DNA of 47,472 nucleotides from Actinomycetota bacterium (GTDB lineage: Bacteria; Actinomycetota; Acidimicrobiia; Acidimicrobiales; Aldehydirespiratoraceae). The stretch is from the NCBI GenBank assembly GCA_009937405.1, contig JAACCU010000119.1, positions 1 through 47,472 of the forward strand, written 5' to 3'. A program made the position numbers and the translations under genes. Under the pieces are notes generated by a model. It saw only the letters and a program-made list of their open reading frames with translations. It made no database searches and was not told the origin of the DNA. This document shows, piece by piece, positions 20,456-28,696 of this stretch (its first letter is position 1; the number at the start of each line of letters is the position of its first letter).

Positions 20456-21124
20456 TCAGAGCAGCTTCTCGAGGTCTTCAGCCATTGCCCACCCGAAGGC
20501 GATCAGCGAATCGCCGTTGGAAATATCGAGACCATCGAGCTGGGCGATGACCGCAGGGTCAGTCTTCTCTGGCTTTGAGCTCTCGTGATCGAGCACGGGA
20601 GCCTGCGAACCATCGCCGCGCGCAGTGAAGCCGCGGTCTTCATAGACCGAAGCACCGATGCCGTAACGCTTGGCCAGACGGCGTCCCCATGCACGCTCCT
20701 CGCCGGAGGCCTTGTGACCGGGACGGGGAACGATGTCACTGAGCGACTTGAATGCTTCGAATACCCCAGCATCATTGATCTGGGCGCCGATGAGCACGTC
20801 TTCATCGGGGAAGGCGAGAACGGAACGACGGAGCTGGTCTGTCATGATTGCTCGCAGCACAGTGTCGCGCTTTGTGTTGCGGCAGATATGACCGGCGCCG
20901 ACGATAATGCTTGGCGTGCCCCCGATGCGCTCCAACGTGCAGAAAGAGAAGCCGCGTACCTTGCCGCCTTCGCTTGCTATGGCACAGAGCACCCACGCTT
21001 CAGCCTGCTTGGAGAGCATTCCGACTTCGAATGCGTTCGGTGAGTCGGCACAAAGATCGGCCATCTCGGCGAACTCAGCGTCACTCAGCGCAGTGCAGTC
21101 CTTGGTTTCAACTTCGATCGCCAT
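20456..21124 (-). CDS. Hypothetical protein, possibly GNAT-like fold
   Basis: Long ORF with coding-like codon use; helix followed by VLCAIASEGGKVRGFSFC beta hairpin reminiscent of GNAT; TAGACT -10 upstream; GTG 21133 is an alternative start. Confidence 0.75.
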   Translation of the reverse strand: MAIEVETKDCTALSDAEFAEMADLCADSPNAFEVGMLSKQAEAWVLCAIASEGGKVRGFSFCTLERIGGTPSIIVGAGHICRNTKRDTVLRAIMTDQLRRSVLAFPDEDVLIGAQINDAGVFEAFKSLSDIVPRPGHKASGEERAWGRRLAKRYGIGASVYEDRGFTARGDGSQAPVLDHESSKPEKTDPAVIAQLDGLDISNGDSLIAFGWAMAEDLEKLL

Positions 21125-21202
21125 GTCCTGCACTATCCCCTGCTTGCCAAATGTGACCAGTCTAGTTTTCAGGGAAAGTCCGCGAATCGCAACCTCGAGG
21201 GG

Positions 21203-24200
21203 TCACACCAATACAGAGTCAGGGCCAAGAAGCACGCGAAGTTCGGCAATTACACCGTTTGCGTTGTTCACTGCGTAGTCATCCGGGAGCCGCAGCACCT
21301 GTCTCTCGCTGAGGTGCAGCTCCACCGGAGATTCACCAGGATGGGCCGCAAGAATCGATTTCAGGTCGGCAATGCGACCCGGAAGTTGGTGCTCAATCGG
21401 GATCTTGACCCGCACCGGAGAGTTATCGGAGAGGTCTTCGACGATTTCAATGTCTTGGGCAAAAAGTTTTGGGAGATCATCGTTCTCGGTTCGACCCCGC
21501 ACGAGAACAATCGCATCGTCAATCAGCTTTGGCCCGTGCTCCTGCATTGTTCGGGGGAAGACCATGACCTCTACCGATCCCTCGAGGTCTTCGAGATCGA
21601 AGACGGCCATGAGGTCGCCCTTGCGGGTCCACTTGCGCTGCAAGTTGGTGATCACGCCACCAACCTTCACGATGGCCCCGTCGGGCGTGTCGCTCAGACC
21701 AGCGACCGAGCAATCAACCTTGCGGGCGATGTGCTTTTCGAAGCCGAGCAGCGGATGGCCCGAGATGTACAACCCCAACATCTCTTTTTCGTTCGCCAGC
21801 TTCGGCATCTTCTCGAACTCGATGTCGGGGATCGATGGTCGCTCATCGAACGAGGGACCATCGTCGAGATCACCGAACAGCGACATCACGCCCATGTCGT
21901 GCTCACGGCGCCGCTGAACCGTAAGGTCGATGATCTGTTCGTAGACCTGGAGCAGGCCCTTGCGGGGGTGCCCGAGCGAGTCGAATGCACCACCTTTAAT
22001 CAGAGATTCGATAGTTCGTTTGTTGAGGGCGTCCAACTCGACACGTTCAACAAAATCGAGGAACGACTCGTACGGGCCGCCTTCCTTGCGAGCAGCGAGG
22101 ACCTTCTCGACGAAACCGACTCCGACGTTTCGGATCGCAGATAGGCCAAAGATGATGTTGCCGGGTGAGGTGGCCTTACCGTCGGTGGCTACACCAGTGG
22201 CGCCAAGATTAGGCACCGGCGTGAAATCTGACTCAGACCGATTGACATCGGGAACGCCAACCTCGATGCCCATGAGGCGGCATTCGTTGAGATAGACGGC
22301 CGCCGACTCCAACTTGGCTTTGACGCTGGTGAGCAGAGCCGACAGATACTCGACCGGGTAGTTGGCCTTCAGGTATGCGATTTGGTACGCGATGTAGCCG
22401 TAGCCGTAGGAATGCGACTTGTTGAAGGCGTAGTCGGCGAACTGGGCGATGATGTCGAACATTTCGACTGCGAGTGAATGCTCGTAGCCGTTGTCGACGA
22501 CCCCCGTCGTGAACTTTTCGCGTTCCTTCTCCATCGCCTCGCGAATTTTCTTACCCATCGCCTTGCGCAATGAGTCCGCTTCGGCGAGCGAGTACCCGGC
22601 AAACTTTTGCGCCATTCGCATGACGCTCTCCTGATAGATCATCAGGCCGTAGGTGTCGGTCAGTAGTTCTCGGGCGTCCTCATGAATGAACTCGACCGGT
22701 TTGCGACCGTTCTTTCGGTCGGCGTAGTCGTTGTGCATGTTGGCCGCCATGGGCCCAGGCCGATACAGCGCGACCAGAGCAGCAACGTCATCAAAGGAGG
22801 TGGGGGCCAGCGATCGGATGAGGGCCCGCATTGGGCTGGACTCGAGCTGGAACACGCCAATCGTGTCGCCTCGACCCAACAACTCGAACGTCGGCACGTC
22901 GTCGAGGGCAATGGAGTCGATGTCGACGACCTCGTTGCGAGTTTGCGTGATCAGCTCAAGGCAGTCCGAAATCACATCGAGATTTCGTAGACCCAAAAAG
23001 TCCATTTTGAGCAGCCCGAGATCTTCCACCCCGTGCATTTCATACTGGGTGACGACCGGCGAATCTTCGATCGGCTTACCCGCTTCCGGCTTTCGCTGGA
23101 TCGGCAGATACTCGGTGAGGGGTTCGTTCGTAATGACCACGGCCGCGGCATGAATACCGTCCTGGCGACGCAAGCCTTCGAGCCCCTTGGCAACTTCCAC
23201 GACCCTGGCGATGTCAGCATCAGATGACACCATGTCGCGTAGTTCGCCCGCGGACTTGTAACCGTCGATGTATTTCGGGTGCTCCTCAAAGCAGTACTTG
23301 AGGGGCGTGTCGCGGCCCATGATGAGGGGAGGCATCGCCTTGGCCACCTTGTCACCCACGGCATACGGATAGCCGAGCACGCGTGCGGCATCTCGGACCG
23401 CGGCTCTCGCCTTGATCTGGGAAAACGTCACAATTTGCGCCACATTGTCTCGTCCATAGCGCTCCGCCGCGTAGCGAATCATCTCGTCTCGATATCGGGT
23501 GTCGAAGTCCATGTCGATGTCGGGCATCGAGATGCGAGCGGGATTCAAGAACCGTTCGAACAAAAGGTCGTATTTGATCGGGTCGAGATCAGTGATCCAG
23601 AGGGTGTAGGCCACGGCACAACCGGCAGCCGATCCACGGCCCGGGCCCACACGAACGTTGTTGTCCCGGGCATGTTTGATGAGGTCCCAGGTGATCAAGA
23701 AATATGCCGAGAACCCCATGCTGTCAATGACACCAAGCTCATAGTCGATGCGGTCGACTACATCAGTATCGAGGTCATTGCCCCAGCGTTTGTAGGCACC
23801 CTCATATGTCAGGTGGCGCAGATATTCGGTGTCGGTGGCGAAGCCGTCCGGAAGCGGAAACTCTGGAAGCTTCGGCTGACCAAATTCGATTTCGACGTCG
23901 CATCGTTCAGCGATCCAGAGCGTGTTGTCGCACGCCGACGGGATCTCGGCGAAGAGCCGGCGCATCTCCCCGGCCGACTTCAAGTAATGCTGATCACCGT
24001 GGAACTTGAAACGGTCGGTGTCGGCCAGCAGCGCTCCGGTTTGAACACACAGAAGGGCATCGTGGGCTTCTGAGTCGTGCTGGTGGGTGTAATGCGAGTC
24101 GTTGGTGGCGAGCACCGGGGCTTGGATCTTTTTTGCGATCTCCAACAACTGAGGATTTGTGGTCCGCTGTTCGGGGATGCCGTGGTCTTGAAGCTCAAGG

Positions 24201-24757
24201 AAGAAGTTGTCGCGTCCGAAGATGTCTTGAAATCGAGCGGCATGCTCCAAGGCTGCGGCCGTGTTCCCCTGCATGAGCGACTGGAGCACGTGCCCGCCGA
24301 GACATCCCGACGTGGCGATAATTCCTTCGGAGTACTTCTCCAACAGCTCAAAATCGGCGCGGGGCTTGTAATGGAAGCCCGTTAGATAGGCCTGGCTAGA
24401 GAGCTGGATCAGATTCTTGTAGCCAACATTGTTTTCGGCCATGAGAATGGCGTGGTAATAGAGCTTCTTGCCGCCCCCCGTGTCGCCGCCGGAATCATCG
24501 GTCTTGCCACGACGGCTGGGCCGTTCATGGCGAGACTCGTGGGCGAGATAGATCTCGGTGCCGATGATCGGGTTGATTCCGGCATCGTTGCAGGCTCGGT
24601 AAAAATCGAGGACACCATACATATTGCCGTGGTCAGTGATCGCCATGGCAGGTTGACCGTCCGCAGCCGCGGCGGCGACAGCATCGTCAAGGCGCGAGGC
24701 GCCGTCGAGCATCGAGTACTCGGTGTGCACATGGAGATGAGCGAATGAATCCCCCAC
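21203..24757 (-). CDS. dnaE: DNA polymerase III alpha subunit
   Basis: HLHVHTEYSMLDG and ITDHG (PHP), GRGSAAG, PDIDMDF, KMDFLGL, FNKSH, C-terminal OB fold; GTG 24757 follows AGAGGAGG. Confidence 0.98.
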   Translation of the reverse strand: MGDSFAHLHVHTEYSMLDGASRLDDAVAAAAADGQPAMAITDHGNMYGVLDFYRACNDAGINPIIGTEIYLAHESRHERPSRRGKTDDSGGDTGGGKKLYYHAILMAENNVGYKNLIQLSSQAYLTGFHYKPRADFELLEKYSEGIIATSGCLGGHVLQSLMQGNTAAALEHAARFQDIFGRDNFFLELQDHGIPEQRTTNPQLLEIAKKIQAPVLATNDSHYTHQHDSEAHDALLCVQTGALLADTDRFKFHGDQHYLKSAGEMRRLFAEIPSACDNTLWIAERCDVEIEFGQPKLPEFPLPDGFATDTEYLRHLTYEGAYKRWGNDLDTDVVDRIDYELGVIDSMGFSAYFLITWDLIKHARDNNVRVGPGRGSAAGCAVAYTLWITDLDPIKYDLLFERFLNPARISMPDIDMDFDTRYRDEMIRYAAERYGRDNVAQIVTFSQIKARAAVRDAARVLGYPYAVGDKVAKAMPPLIMGRDTPLKYCFEEHPKYIDGYKSAGELRDMVSSDADIARVVEVAKGLEGLRRQDGIHAAAVVITNEPLTEYLPIQRKPEAGKPIEDSPVVTQYEMHGVEDLGLLKMDFLGLRNLDVISDCLELITQTRNEVVDIDSIALDDVPTFELLGRGDTIGVFQLESSPMRALIRSLAPTSFDDVAALVALYRPGPMAANMHNDYADRKNGRKPVEFIHEDARELLTDTYGLMIYQESVMRMAQKFAGYSLAEADSLRKAMGKKIREAMEKEREKFTTGVVDNGYEHSLAVEMFDIIAQFADYAFNKSHSYGYGYIAYQIAYLKANYPVEYLSALLTSVKAKLESAAVYLNECRLMGIEVGVPDVNRSESDFTPVPNLGATGVATDGKATSPGNIIFGLSAIRNVGVGFVEKVLAARKEGGPYESFLDFVERVELDALNKRTIESLIKGGAFDSLGHPRKGLLQVYEQIIDLTVQRRREHDMGVMSLFGDLDDGPSFDERPSIPDIEFEKMPKLANEKEMLGLYISGHPLLGFEKHIARKVDCSVAGLSDTPDGAIVKVGGVITNLQRKWTRKGDLMAVFDLEDLEGSVEVMVFPRTMQEHGPKLIDDAIVLVRGRTENDDLPKLFAQDIEIVEDLSDNSPVRVKIPIEHQLPGRIADLKSILAAHPGESPVELHLSERQVLRLPDDYAVNNANGVIAELRVLLGPDSVLV

Positions 24758-24790
24758 TCGGCCTCCTCTTGACAGGCTCGCTCCGGCCGC

Positions 24791-24822
24791 TGTGGACAGT
24801 GCTGTGGACACCATGTGGATAA
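24791..24822. promoter_or_regulatory. Three co-oriented DnaA-box-like 9-mers in the dnaE leader
   Basis: TGTGGACAG 24791, TGTGGACAC 24803, TGTGGATAA 24814 (perfect TTATCCACA on the minus strand). Confidence 0.75.
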
Positions 24823-24841
24823 ATCACACGGGTGTCATTCG

Positions 24842-24870
24842 AACCTATCTCGACTCCCCTGTCGCTACAA
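24842..24870 (-). promoter_or_regulatory. Candidate sigma-A promoter of dnaE
   Basis: TTGTAG-17 nt-TAGGTT on the minus strand. Confidence 0.6.
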
Positions 24871-24911
24871 GCGCGTCGTACGAGCCGTTTACAAACCAGC
24901 GTTCGGGCAGC

Positions 24912-25436
24912 CTACAAATACGTCCCAGGTCGCTCGTCTGGAGCAACCTGGGACTGCTGGGACGGCCCGCCCGGGGCGCCGGAGCCAATCTCGCCGCGCA
25001 TGGACTGGAGTTGTTGCTGGGCGGCCATTTGCTGGGCGAAGAGCATGGCCTGCATGCCTTGGACCAGTCCTTCGAGCCAACCGACAAGTTGGGCCTTCGC
25101 TATCTGTAGCTCAGCCCCAGTGGGAGTGTCGCCCCCATCGAACGGCAGGGCCAGTCGTCCAAGTTCGGCGGCAAGGTCTTCCGACAGAGCTCCGCTGAGT
25201 TCTGACACAGAGGTGTCGTAGATGTAGCGGAGGCGATCTCGGCTCGGGATGTCAAGCTCCGAGGCCCGGAGCTCTTCGAGAAGTTGCTTGAGCATTGTGC
25301 CAATGCGCATGACCTTGGCCGGATGATCGATCGTCTCATCGATCTCTTCCTCAGCGGTCTGCTCGATGACCTCGACATCGGGTCCCTGGATGATCTCCGG
25401 GGTGTCGGTTTCAGATGGGTTGCTGGCGTCGGTCAT
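24912..25436 (-). CDS. bpa: Bacterial proteasome activator (Bpa/PafE)
   Basis: PAKVMRIGTMLKQLLEE, ELQIAKAQLVGWLEGL, C-terminal GTYL (GQYL-type proteasome-binding motif); GAGGAG before ATG 25436. Confidence 0.93.
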   Translation of the reverse strand: MTDASNPSETDTPEIIQGPDVEVIEQTAEEEIDETIDHPAKVMRIGTMLKQLLEELRASELDIPSRDRLRYIYDTSVSELSGALSEDLAAELGRLALPFDGGDTPTGAELQIAKAQLVGWLEGLVQGMQAMLFAQQMAAQQQLQSMRGEIGSGAPGGPSQQSQVAPDERPGTYL

Positions 25437-25458
25437 AACGACTCCTCGTCGGGGGCTG

Positions 25459-26568
25459 TCATGTGTTGAACGACAGCAAGGGTACAAACATTTCACCAGG
25501 GGTTAGGCCCCCGTGCCGGCCGATCAACTCGAACGAGTTGGACTCGGCCGGATCCACGAACCAGCGGTCGCGGCGGGCGACAACGGCCACGTCACCCAAT
25601 CGGCGGCGCGCAACGTCGGTAACAATCGGGCCGAACCATTGCTCATCAATGACCTGATCTATGGGCGCCACCCATCCGTCATCGCCAACAGTCTCGGCGG
25701 CGGCAGCGGCCAGCTCGCGGGAACGGCCCGGCTCGGCGTGGAGCCAACGGAACCGGGCCTCGCCTGACTGGCGCCGGATCAACGGGAACAGTGACGAGTC
25801 GAGCTCGGTCCGGCCCAGAGTGCAGTCGACGATTCCATGATCAGCGGTGACAACAAGGGCAGCCCCTTGGGGAAGATCCATCATGAGATCTGAGACGAGC
25901 CGGTCACAGGCAGCCAGCTCGGCCGCGTAATATTCGCCGAAACCGTGCATGTGAGCGGTTTTGTCGATGCCGTCGTAGTAGGCGTAAACAAAAGGTTCGC
26001 CCGCGCTCAGGGCTCGCCGTACCTCAACGGAGAGGGTGGCCATCGTGTGCCAGTTGTGCTGGCGGGTACCCCTCAGGTGGGCACGGGTGAAGCCTGTCTT
26101 GAGAAAGGGGGCGTTCTGCACAACCACGGGCCTCTGTCCGCAAAATGGTTCAACCGCTTGGAAGTCCTCGGGCACGAGCCGCTGGCGGGCATCGCCTTGG
26201 GGTGTGCGCCAGCTCAGCATGTTTATTACTTCGCCGTCGACATCAATTCGGTACCCGACAATCCCGTGTTCGCCTGGCGCCGTTCCCGTAGCGATTGAGG
26301 TGAGTGCGGCAGCAGTCGTCGATGGTGCCACAGTCGTAATCGGACCACCCGCAAGCGCGGCGAGAGTCGGAGCGATTGAGCGACGCTCCTGCAACTGCTC
26401 CCAGCCCAAACCATCGAGCACGAGAACAACTACCGCGTGCGCGTCCGTGACCTCCGAAGGCAACGGACAGTTGTCTCGCGCTTCATCATCGGCGCTCAGG
26501 ATCGAGGGAATGATCTGGCTCACACAACCATTCGACCAATCAGGCAGCACCGGTTGCTCGGGATTCAT
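25459..26568 (-). CDS. Alkaline phosphatase superfamily nucleotide pyrophosphatase/phosphodiesterase
   Basis: LVLDGLG, PSTTAAALTSIATG..PGEHG, DKTAH, VTADHG, GRHGG. Confidence 0.9.
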   Translation of the reverse strand: MNPEQPVLPDWSNGCVSQIIPSILSADDEARDNCPLPSEVTDAHAVVVLVLDGLGWEQLQERRSIAPTLAALAGGPITTVAPSTTAAALTSIATGTAPGEHGIVGYRIDVDGEVINMLSWRTPQGDARQRLVPEDFQAVEPFCGQRPVVVQNAPFLKTGFTRAHLRGTRQHNWHTMATLSVEVRRALSAGEPFVYAYYDGIDKTAHMHGFGEYYAAELAACDRLVSDLMMDLPQGAALVVTADHGIVDCTLGRTELDSSLFPLIRRQSGEARFRWLHAEPGRSRELAAAAAETVGDDGWVAPIDQVIDEQWFGPIVTDVARRRLGDVAVVARRDRWFVDPAESNSFELIGRHGGLTPGEMFVPLLSFNT

Positions 26569-26574
26569 GCCCGG

Positions 26575-26632
26575 ACTCTACCGACCCCTGCGAACGTCGG
26601 TTGCGGCGTATCCCCATCGGAGGCCCTAGAGT
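26575..26632. promoter_or_regulatory. Back-to-back leaderless promoters
   Basis: TAGAGT 6 nt before the phosphodiesterase ATG (minus, 26575-26580) and TAGAGT 7 nt before the Rrf2 ATG (plus, 26627-26632). Confidence 0.65.
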
Positions 26633-26639
26633 CTCGCCA

Positions 26640-27086
26640 ATGCGAGTATCGACCAGAGGCGACTATGCGGCGAGGGCACTGCTCTCGCTCACGCTCCACA
26701 CTGAAGCAGCGCCCACATCTGTCCGCGAGATCGCAGAACGCACCGCACTCCCCCAGCCGTACCTCGAGCAGATCCTGCTTGCACTCAAGGGAGCCGGCAT
26801 CGTCCGGTCCAAGCGTGGTGTTGGCGGTGGCTATGTCCTGGCCCGAGAGCCGAAAGACATCCTGCTATCAGAGATTGTGCGTGCCGTTGATGGCCCCATT
26901 ACCGCCGGCGACTTCGGCGAGCCGCACACTGATGGCGCATGCGATCACGAGGGCCAATGCGTGCTGCTCGCGATATGGGGCGCGGCCGGAAGCCACATGC
27001 GGGAGTTTCTCAACTCGTATTCTCTCGCTGATATCGCGGGAATGACGCGCGGTGAGGCTTCCTGGCCAGCAACATCCGACGACTGA
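26640..27086 (+). CDS. Rrf2 family transcriptional regulator
   Basis: MRVSTRGDYAARAL, YLEQILLALKGAGIVRSKRGVGGGYVL, IVRAVDG, CDHEGQC. Confidence 0.93.
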   Translation: MRVSTRGDYAARALLSLTLHTEAAPTSVREIAERTALPQPYLEQILLALKGAGIVRSKRGVGGGYVLAREPKDILLSEIVRAVDGPITAGDFGEPHTDGACDHEGQCVLLAIWGAAGSHMREFLNSYSLADIAGMTRGEASWPATSDD

Positions 27087-27089
27087 CGA

Positions 27090-28007
27090 TCAGCTAAGGC
27101 CAGCGAGGCAGGCTTCGAGGTCGGGTGGGCGTGGCGAGATCGCCACAACCTCTTCGGCCGTGACCGGGTGATGGAAGCGAAGCTCCTCTGCATGAAGGAA
27201 CGGGCGACCAGGGTCAAGGCCGGGTCGGCCGCCGTCATATTCGCGGTCGCCTACCACAGGGTGCCCAATGGCTCGCAGATGCACTCGGATCTGGTGAGTT
27301 CGACCGGTTTCCAGCTCGCAGCGAATGAGCGTGACCGGTTTCGGCAACTCGTAACGATCGCGCACCTGATAATGGGTGACCGCCCGGCGACCGGACTTCG
27401 TGACCGTGTTGCGGGTCGGGTGACGGACGGATCGGCCGATCGGGGCATCGATCGTTCCTGCCTCAGTCTCCAGCAAACCCCAGGACAGCGCTTCGTAGAT
27501 GCGGCTCGGTTCGTGGGCCGACATCTGCTCGACCAGATCGAGATAGGCATTTTGGGTGCGGGCAACAACCAAGAGTCCCGAGGTGCCCCGATCAAGCCGG
27601 TGCACTATTCCGGGTCTGTGGACTTCGCCAACATCGGCGATCTCGGGAAATCGAGCGACGAGACCGTTGACCAACGTGCCGTCGTTGTTCCCAGCGCCCG
27701 GGTGCACCACGAGACCTGCAGGTTTGTCGATGACAATGACAGCATCGTCTTCGAACACAACCGTGATCTCGATTGATGGGTCCGGCTGCGGGGTCAAGTC
27801 GACATCGTCGGGCATCGCGACGTCGACGCGTTGGCCCTCCGCAACACAGCCGCTGGGCCGTGTGGCCGGCAGGCCGTCGACCAACACATCGCCGCTCTTC
27901 ACAAGCCGCGTTGCCACTGATCGGCTCAGCTCACTCAGCGCGGCAACGAACCGGTCAAGCCGTTCGCCGTCGATTCCGGCCGGAACGACATCAGTGCGAG
28001 TAGTCAT
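27090..28007 (-). CDS. rluD: RluA/RluD family 23S rRNA pseudouridine synthase
   Basis: S4-like RLDRF, DKPAGLVVHP, HRLDRGTSG, TGRTHQIRVH, LHA. Confidence 0.92.
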   Translation of the reverse strand: MTTRTDVVPAGIDGERLDRFVAALSELSRSVATRLVKSGDVLVDGLPATRPSGCVAEGQRVDVAMPDDVDLTPQPDPSIEITVVFEDDAVIVIDKPAGLVVHPGAGNNDGTLVNGLVARFPEIADVGEVHRPGIVHRLDRGTSGLLVVARTQNAYLDLVEQMSAHEPSRIYEALSWGLLETEAGTIDAPIGRSVRHPTRNTVTKSGRRAVTHYQVRDRYELPKPVTLIRCELETGRTHQIRVHLRAIGHPVVGDREYDGGRPGLDPGRPFLHAEELRFHHPVTAEEVVAISPRPPDLEACLAGLS

Positions 28008-28025
28008 GCAGTGCGGTGGCACGGC

Positions 28026-28601
28026 CTACCTGCGGCCGAGGCCACCGACCTTGTATTCGACACGCTGACCAGCCCACGGGATGGCACGAAGGCGCTCCTG
28101 AGGGATTGCAAGACCAGAGGTGATGCAGGCGCCATAGACGCCCTTCTCGATTCGCTCAAGAGCGGCATCTATTTCGGCCACCGCAGTTTGGGCCTGGGCC
28201 GAGAGTGCGAGATCGCGTTCTCGTTCCACCGCGAGCGTGGCGCCTTCGCCTGATTCTTCATCGAACTGCACGTCGCCGGGCTCTCGGCCCTCTAGCAACG
28301 CATCAGCATCGGCACGATACCCCTCAGCCGAGTGCAGATACTTGGCCCGTTCTTCGAGGAGTCGGGCCTTCATCTGGCCGACGAACTTCGCGCCGAACGG
28401 CGACTTCACAACCTTCTTGACAGCCTTTTTGGCCGGGGTCTTCTTCTTCGACGTCTTCTTTGCTGGTGCCATCGTGGCTGGCGTCGGTACCGCCTTCTTC
28501 TTGGCGGGAGCCTTCTTCGCTGCAGCCTTCTTAGCTGTCGTCTTCTTAGCTGTCGTCTTCTTTGCCGCCTTTTTTGCGGACGATTTCTTGGCCGTCGCCA
28601 T
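28026..28601 (-). CDS. DksA/TraR family protein with Lys/Ala-rich N-terminal tail
   Basis: Coiled coil followed by IDAALERIEKGVYGAC..G..IPQERLRAIPWA; N-terminal AKKTT/AKKAA/PAKK repeats. Confidence 0.88.
   Translation of the reverse strand: MATAKKSSAKKAAKKTTAKKTTAKKAAAKKAPAKKKAVPTPATMAPAKKTSKKKTPAKKAVKKVVKSPFGAKFVGQMKARLLEERAKYLHSAEGYRADADALLEGREPGDVQFDEESGEGATLAVERERDLALSAQAQTAVAEIDAALERIEKGVYGACITSGLAIPQERLRAIPWAGQRVEYKVGGLGRR
28527..28562. repeat. 15-bp coding tandem repeat (2.4 copies)
   Basis: CTTCTTAGCTGTCGT x2 plus CTTCTT, encoding KKTTAKKTTAKK. Confidence 0.8.
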
Positions 28602-28696
28602 CGTCTTGATCCTCTCGATCCTGTAACACCGGCGAATCCAGCCGGGTCAGATCGGAGAGTTTACGACTCCCGCCCCAGAAAGTGGCGTATTACAGG

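Noticed and set aside
21203-24757. Intein or split in dnaE
   Set aside because: Normal length and continuous domains; only short Gly/Thr-rich loop insertions
24839-24853. LexA box at the dnaE promoter (TCGAACCTATCTCGA)
   Set aside because: Only the left half-site matches; the right half is off-register and degenerate
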